From the IMG/VR virus record IMGVR_UViG_3300025133_000035: a stretch of DNA of 64,000 nucleotides; one strand, 5' to 3'. Below, in pieces: positions 59,734 to 64,000 of the stretch. Positions within the stretch are counted from its first letter, which is position 1. Each line of letters opens with the position of its first letter. Origin of the DNA: an uncultured virus (IMG/VR IMGVR_UViG_3300025133_000035) (Duplodnaviria; Heunggongvirae; Uroviricota; Caudoviricetes). The translations under genes were made by a program, and so were the position numbers. Below the pieces are notes generated by a model, which searched no databases, was not told where the DNA came from, and saw nothing but the letters and a program-made list of their open reading frames with translations.

Positions 59734-59744
59734 AACTATTTATA
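59734..59744 (+). promoter_or_regulatory. Putative late promoter AACTATTTATA
   Basis: Intergenic copy upstream of 59760. Confidence 0.6.
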
Positions 59745-59759
59745 GGTAAAGGAAAAATC

Positions 59760-62225
59760 ATGAATTACAACCAATATGAATGGCGCAAGTTTCTAGCAGA
59801 AGCTCGAAGTCGCGCCCCCGAGCCGAAATTTACACTAGTTGAGCGCCGATTGCTCCGAGAACTCGACGAAGACGAGGTAGAACACATACGCGATGCTATC
59901 CACGCCATGTTCGCGGAGGATCTGGCATTTAACGACCTATTTAAAGGCAAAACCCGCCTTGTGCTCGATTTCCCGACAAAGAACGTCAGCACCGATCTAG
60001 GCAAATTTGTCGATAGCTTCCGGGTGCTGGGATACGACGTAAGCTGGGAAAAAGGCTTGGTTTCAGGCGAAAGAGAGTTGAAAGACAGCAGTATCTCAGC
60101 TTCGGTCGCTAACCTGATGGGGGACGAAGTGCCACCGCCTAAAAAGAAGAAAGTCCAGATGAAGATCGGTAAGTTTTGGGCAAAGATTTATGAACTGGCT
60201 TCAAAGAGGGTTGCTTTGGAACAAAAGGTGTTTGATCATCTAAATAATATCGGCTACACTATTGGCGGCATGGGACCAATCACCTACGCTGGACATTTTA
60301 CAGGAAAGATGATTGCTGCAGCCCTCGATGAGCAAGAAGTGAAGAGATTAGACCAGATAATTGATCAGCTTGATATGTATCTCGGCAAGGACCACATTAA
60401 GGTACTCTCTCGTCTCGGGAACCCCACAAGCCGCATAGAACCAGAAGATGCTAAGAAAATGCAAAATTACTGGCAGCAGAATGCTGATTACATTAAGAAG
60501 AATATCGAAAGCCTGTCTGAAGATAAATACAGCATTATCGTGAGCCGCGATCCAATTGACATCTTGCGCATGTCCGACTTCGACCGGATCACATCATGTC
60601 ACTCGCCCCCATCACGCGGCGGCGGCGACTCATACTATAAGTGCGCTGTTGCAGAGGCTCACGGACATGGCGCCATTGCTTACGTGGTTGAGACAGAAGA
60701 TCTACTCCAAGCCACGGACACAAGCAGCATCGAGAGTGCAGAACAAGAAATACAAGAAGGTGAGCTATTTGCCGACGATCAGCGCTTCGGAAATCACGCC
60801 CATCACGAAAACCTTGAGCCCGTTTCTCGCCTTCGGCTCCGCCAAGTTCGTGCCCAAGGAGAAGACCCAGATGGCTACTCCACGCCCGAAGTAGAGATCG
60901 CCGTTCCCGAAACCCGCGTTTATGGGGTCAGCATTCCCGGCTTTCGGGACAGAGTTTTTAACTGGGCGAAAGAGGCGCAAGCGCAGACTATTGCAGCAAT
61001 TCCAGAGGACGCGGCGTGGGTTAAGTATGGTGGGTCATACGAGGATAATGGTATTAAAGGTCTGCTCCGTGATCTGACCGGTCGCGAGATTGAACGAGTA
61101 GGGCAAAACACCGCGACAGAAGATAGCATCGATGATAGTGTTCTTCTCACTGGGGTGGTCACCCGCGAGACAGAGGCTGTCGAGCAACACATGGACACAT
61201 GGAACTACAGGTATCAAGCAGCGCACGTCGAAGGAGTAGTTGAAGATGATGGCGGCGGCTCCATCTATGTCTCTCTTTTAGCCCACATAGACCTCAAGTG
61301 GGATAAAGACGCGTGGAATTCGCTTCCCACCGACAGTCGGACTGCTGAACATTGGGCGGATGAGTTGAACGACTACGGCTGGGGCTGGGCTGACGGTGAT
61401 TCTTACGCAACTCGTATTTATTCCACCGACGAGAGCATTATTCTCCGAATAAATATTAATCCCGAAGGCTTGCCGGGTTTCGGCAGTCAAGGTTTCGCCT
61501 ATAATTCTGAGAACTTCGAAGACTTCTGTGTTGAGGTCAACGGGGTTGACGATCTATATGATACCCTCTATGGCGAGATCACTCGCATGGCTAAGCGCGA
61601 TGGCTTTATGGAAGGCGGCACTCTGAACGAGTGGGGCATGGAAATTGTCAACGGAGAATACGAGTCATACGAGTGGGATTTGACGGCAGAAGAGGGTTAT
61701 GATCATGAGGAGATCGAAAGTATCGATGCCTCACACACCACATATATCACTGAGCCAGACGGCATGAGCATCCAAGACGCCCGCACGATCTTGGAGAGCA
61801 GAGACTTTACTGTTCCCGTGCGCAAGGTGCTGGTGGAGAAAGCATGGGCAGGCACACAGGTATCAGGCGATGACCGTCAATATCCACCCTTCAGAGTGCA
61901 TACCGAAGAGCTTCGCACGAAAGACGAAACCAACATTAAGCTTATTCTGACTTTTGAGGCTAACGTAAACAGCAGCGATGCTCAAGTCAAGTCTATGAAG
62001 TGGACAGTCGATGAGTGGGATGATGAAGATATCCTAGATGCCGCGATCCAAGCGGTGTTCGATAAGATAGTTGGCGGCAGTCGCAAGGCTGGTCGAGCAG
62101 ACGGCGATTGGGATGAAGAAGCGGAGAAGAGATTTCAAGCTCTGGCTCAAAAAGAGAAAGAATCATCCCAAGAGGTTACTAACGAGTCCATCGTTAAGAA
62201 CTGGAAAAACTTTTTATATAACTGA
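59760..62225 (+). CDS. Large acidic hypothetical protein (candidate internal virion protein)
   Basis: 821 aa; late motif upstream; terminal motifs YEWRKFLAE and NESIVKNWKNFL. Confidence 0.55.
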   Translation: MNYNQYEWRKFLAEARSRAPEPKFTLVERRLLRELDEDEVEHIRDAIHAMFAEDLAFNDLFKGKTRLVLDFPTKNVSTDLGKFVDSFRVLGYDVSWEKGLVSGERELKDSSISASVANLMGDEVPPPKKKKVQMKIGKFWAKIYELASKRVALEQKVFDHLNNIGYTIGGMGPITYAGHFTGKMIAAALDEQEVKRLDQIIDQLDMYLGKDHIKVLSRLGNPTSRIEPEDAKKMQNYWQQNADYIKKNIESLSEDKYSIIVSRDPIDILRMSDFDRITSCHSPPSRGGGDSYYKCAVAEAHGHGAIAYVVETEDLLQATDTSSIESAEQEIQEGELFADDQRFGNHAHHENLEPVSRLRLRQVRAQGEDPDGYSTPEVEIAVPETRVYGVSIPGFRDRVFNWAKEAQAQTIAAIPEDAAWVKYGGSYEDNGIKGLLRDLTGREIERVGQNTATEDSIDDSVLLTGVVTRETEAVEQHMDTWNYRYQAAHVEGVVEDDGGGSIYVSLLAHIDLKWDKDAWNSLPTDSRTAEHWADELNDYGWGWADGDSYATRIYSTDESIILRININPEGLPGFGSQGFAYNSENFEDFCVEVNGVDDLYDTLYGEITRMAKRDGFMEGGTLNEWGMEIVNGEYESYEWDLTAEEGYDHEEIESIDASHTTYITEPDGMSIQDARTILESRDFTVPVRKVLVEKAWAGTQVSGDDRQYPPFRVHTEELRTKDETNIKLILTFEANVNSSDAQVKSMKWTVDEWDDEDILDAAIQAVFDKIVGGSRKAGRADGDWDEEAEKRFQALAQKEKESSQEVTNESIVKNWKNFLYN

Positions 62226-62233
62226 GGTGATGA

Positions 62234-63073
62234 GTGAATATCATTGGTTTAGGAGCCGCGGGCTGCAATATCGCAGATGGCTTCGCTAAATACCCGCAAT
62301 ACAACGTTTATAAGCTCGATGTGGGTCTTCCCAAGAAGAAAGGAAACTTTGCTTTGCCGGAAGTCGTAGCAATCGAGGAATATGACAGCAAGACATTAAA
62401 CTTTCGATCGTTTTTCAAGGATCTGCGAAAGGGCGATGATGTGCTGTTTGTTGTCTGTGGCGCCGGCAAGGTGTCAGCAGCAACGTTACGCGTTTTAGAA
62501 AAGCTGAAGAAGTGCGATGTCACGGTGCTGTACATCAGACCGGATCGCTCTTTGCTCAGCAAGCAGGCTCTCATGCACGAACGCGTGGTCTTTAATGTAC
62601 TACAGGAATACGCGAGATCTGGAGTGTTTGAGAGGACTTACCTCGTCGATAATAAAGAAGTTGAGAAAACACTTGACAATGTTTCGGTTCTAGGGTATTA
62701 TGAACGTATAAATGAATTAATCGTTGATACGATCCACATGACGAACGTTTTTCTGAACACAAAGACGGTTTATAACACGCCGGCAACTTCGCTAGCAACA
62801 GCCCGCGTTTCGACCTTCGGCGTGGTGGATATTGAAAAAAATGAAGAAAAGTTGTTTTTCCCCCTTGACACCATCAACGAAAGATGTTATATTTATGCTA
62901 TCAATAAAGAACAACTCGAAACGGACGGAGAACTTTTTACCGCTTTGCGCAATCGTAGCGCAGAAAAGGTGGAGGATGAAACCATTGTATCAGTGCGGAT
63001 TCACTCTACCGACTATGACAACAACTACGGCTATCTGATAGCCAACACCTCTGAAATACAACAGGAGATTTAA
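62234..63073 (+). CDS. Divergent tubulin/FtsZ-like protein (PhuZ/TubZ-like)
   Basis: N-terminal IIGLGAAGCNIA (T1 loop), degenerate T4 loop VCGAGKVSAA, LYIRP, YLVDN, INELI. Confidence 0.65.
   Translation: MNIIGLGAAGCNIADGFAKYPQYNVYKLDVGLPKKKGNFALPEVVAIEEYDSKTLNFRSFFKDLRKGDDVLFVVCGAGKVSAATLRVLEKLKKCDVTVLYIRPDRSLLSKQALMHERVVFNVLQEYARSGVFERTYLVDNKEVEKTLDNVSVLGYYERINELIVDTIHMTNVFLNTKTVYNTPATSLATARVSTFGVVDIEKNEEKLFFPLDTINERCYIYAINKEQLETDGELFTALRNRSAEKVEDETIVSVRIHSTDYDNNYGYLIANTSEIQQEI
62673..62701 (+). promoter_or_regulatory. Intragenic sigma70-type promoter
   Basis: AAAACAC-TTGACA-N17-TATTAT. Confidence 0.45.
62865..62893 (+). promoter_or_regulatory. Intragenic sigma70-type promoter
   Basis: TTGACA-N17-TATATT with extended TG; A/T tracts upstream. 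Confidence 0.5.
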
Positions 63074-63330
63074 TGCTGATGAAAGCATATAACGGAACAT
63101 TCACCAAGAAGAACGGAGAGGCGAGAACAATGCGGTTCGTTCGTATCACCGATATTCCCGAGACATTTATCACGTCTCAGATCAAGGGCACCGGACGCAA
63201 GGCAACACTAGCCGAGGGTATGGAGCTTGTCTGGGATTTGGACACTTCGGCATTCCGCATGTTTAACTGGAAGACAGTTGACGGCGAGATTGCAGAAATC
63301 GAGGTTGATAACCCCTTTGAAGAAAGTTGA
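63073..63330 (+). CDS. Small SH3/WYL-like beta-barrel protein (DUF2693-like)
   Basis: TFTKKNGEARTM...VWDLD..AFRMFNW pattern. Confidence 0.55.
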   Translation: MLMKAYNGTFTKKNGEARTMRFVRITDIPETFITSQIKGTGRKATLAEGMELVWDLDTSAFRMFNWKTVDGEIAEIEVDNPFEES

Positions 63331-63339
63331 AAAAAACAC

Positions 63340-63368
63340 TTGACTTTAGCTTCAGAATAGGTTATATT
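63340..63368 (+). promoter_or_regulatory. sigma70-type promoter for SSB
   Basis: AAAAAAACAC-TTGACT-N17-TATATT, intergenic. Confidence 0.7.
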
Positions 63369-63429
63369 ATACACAGCAGATCAAGATATTTGTTGATTTG
63401 ACTATAACACCAAAAAAGGAAAAAATAAG

Positions 63430-64000
63430 ATGGCGATTGATCTATCAAAAATGAAGGCTAAGCTGGATGCCCTTCAAAACAAAGACTCCGGCGACAAGAA
63501 GTTTTGGCGACCCCAAGACGGCGAACAAGCGGTACGAATCGTGCCCACTGCAGATGGCGACCCCTTCCGCGAGTATTTCTTCCACTATAATGTGGGAAAT
63601 AACCGTGGTTTCCTGTGCCCCAAGCGCAATTACGGTGATGAATGTCCCGTATGCGAGTTTGCTTCCCAATTGTGGAAGGAGGGCTCAGCTAAGGATGATG
63701 ACGAAGCTAAGAAGATGGCTAAGGGGCTTTTTGCCCGTCAGCGCTTCTTCAGCCCGGTTCTCATCCGAGGCGAGGAAGATCTGGGTGTCCGAGCATGGGG
63801 CTATGGCAAGATGGCTTACGAGTCCTTGCTTGGTCTGGTTCTCAATCCCGAATACGGTGATATCACCGATCCGGCATCGGGTACCGATCTGGTTCTGACA
63901 TACGGTAAGCCTTCGGGTGCGTCGTTCCCACAGACGAAGCTGACCCCGCGCCGTCGTTCCTCTCCTCTCTGCGATGAGGCAGTAGGTGGCGACGAACGCT
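63430..64000 (+). CDS. Single-stranded DNA-binding protein, T4 gp32-like (3'-truncated; absent from the ORF track)
   Basis: AAGGA SD, ATG 63430: MAIDLSKMKAKLDALQ...KKFWRPQDGEQAVRIVPTADGDPFREYFFHY...FLCPKRNYGDECPVCE...YGDITDP..GTD; open to the window end. Confidence 0.8.
   Translation, partial: MAIDLSKMKAKLDALQNKDSGDKKFWRPQDGEQAVRIVPTADGDPFREYFFHYNVGNNRGFLCPKRNYGDECPVCEFASQLWKEGSAKDDDEAKKMAKGLFARQRFFSPVLIRGEEDLGVRAWGYGKMAYESLLGLVLNPEYGDITDPASGTDLVLTYGKPSGASFPQTKLTPRRRSSPLCDEAVGGDER

Noticed and set aside
63467..63898. 143-aa ORF in the provided track
   Set aside because: Out-of-frame overlap with the gp32-like SSB that starts at 63430 and runs off the window.
1..64000. Stop-codon reassignment, as seen in some large phages
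   Set aside because: TAA, TAG and TGA all end well-defined genes, and core genes are uninterrupted under the standard code.

Overview
The window is a continuous, entirely + strand, gene-dense segment of a large T4-superfamily-like myovirus (probably a jumbo/huge phage) that uses the standard genetic code. It holds nearly the whole morphogenesis cluster: large virion/baseplate proteins, terminase, portal, prohead protease, scaffold, major capsid, neck, tail terminator, fibres, sheath, tube, tail chaperone, tape measure and baseplate. Interleaved with these are a J-domain protein, a RuvC-like nuclease, primase, a single-chain Mre11-Rad50 (SbcD-SbcC) fusion, a putative non-canonical lysis cassette, a ribosomal protein bS21 homologue, a compact family-A DNA polymerase, a divergent tubulin/FtsZ homologue and the 5' part of a gp32-type SSB that the ORF track misses. 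Two promoter classes are visible: a recurrent intergenic AACTA(T/C/G)TTA motif before structural genes, and TTGACA-N17-TAT(A/T)(T/A)T sigma70-type promoters before DNA-metabolism genes. Other candidates are a +1/-2 frameshift in the tail chaperone, a tail-collar domain apparently split across genes, capsid-targeting/cleavage motifs on uncharacterised proteins, a widespread (S/T)GS motif in virion proteins, a Cys-rich micro-ORF with a UGA-adjacent hairpin, and apparent CCWGG/GGCC avoidance. All family assignments come from motif recognition by eye; no database search was run.
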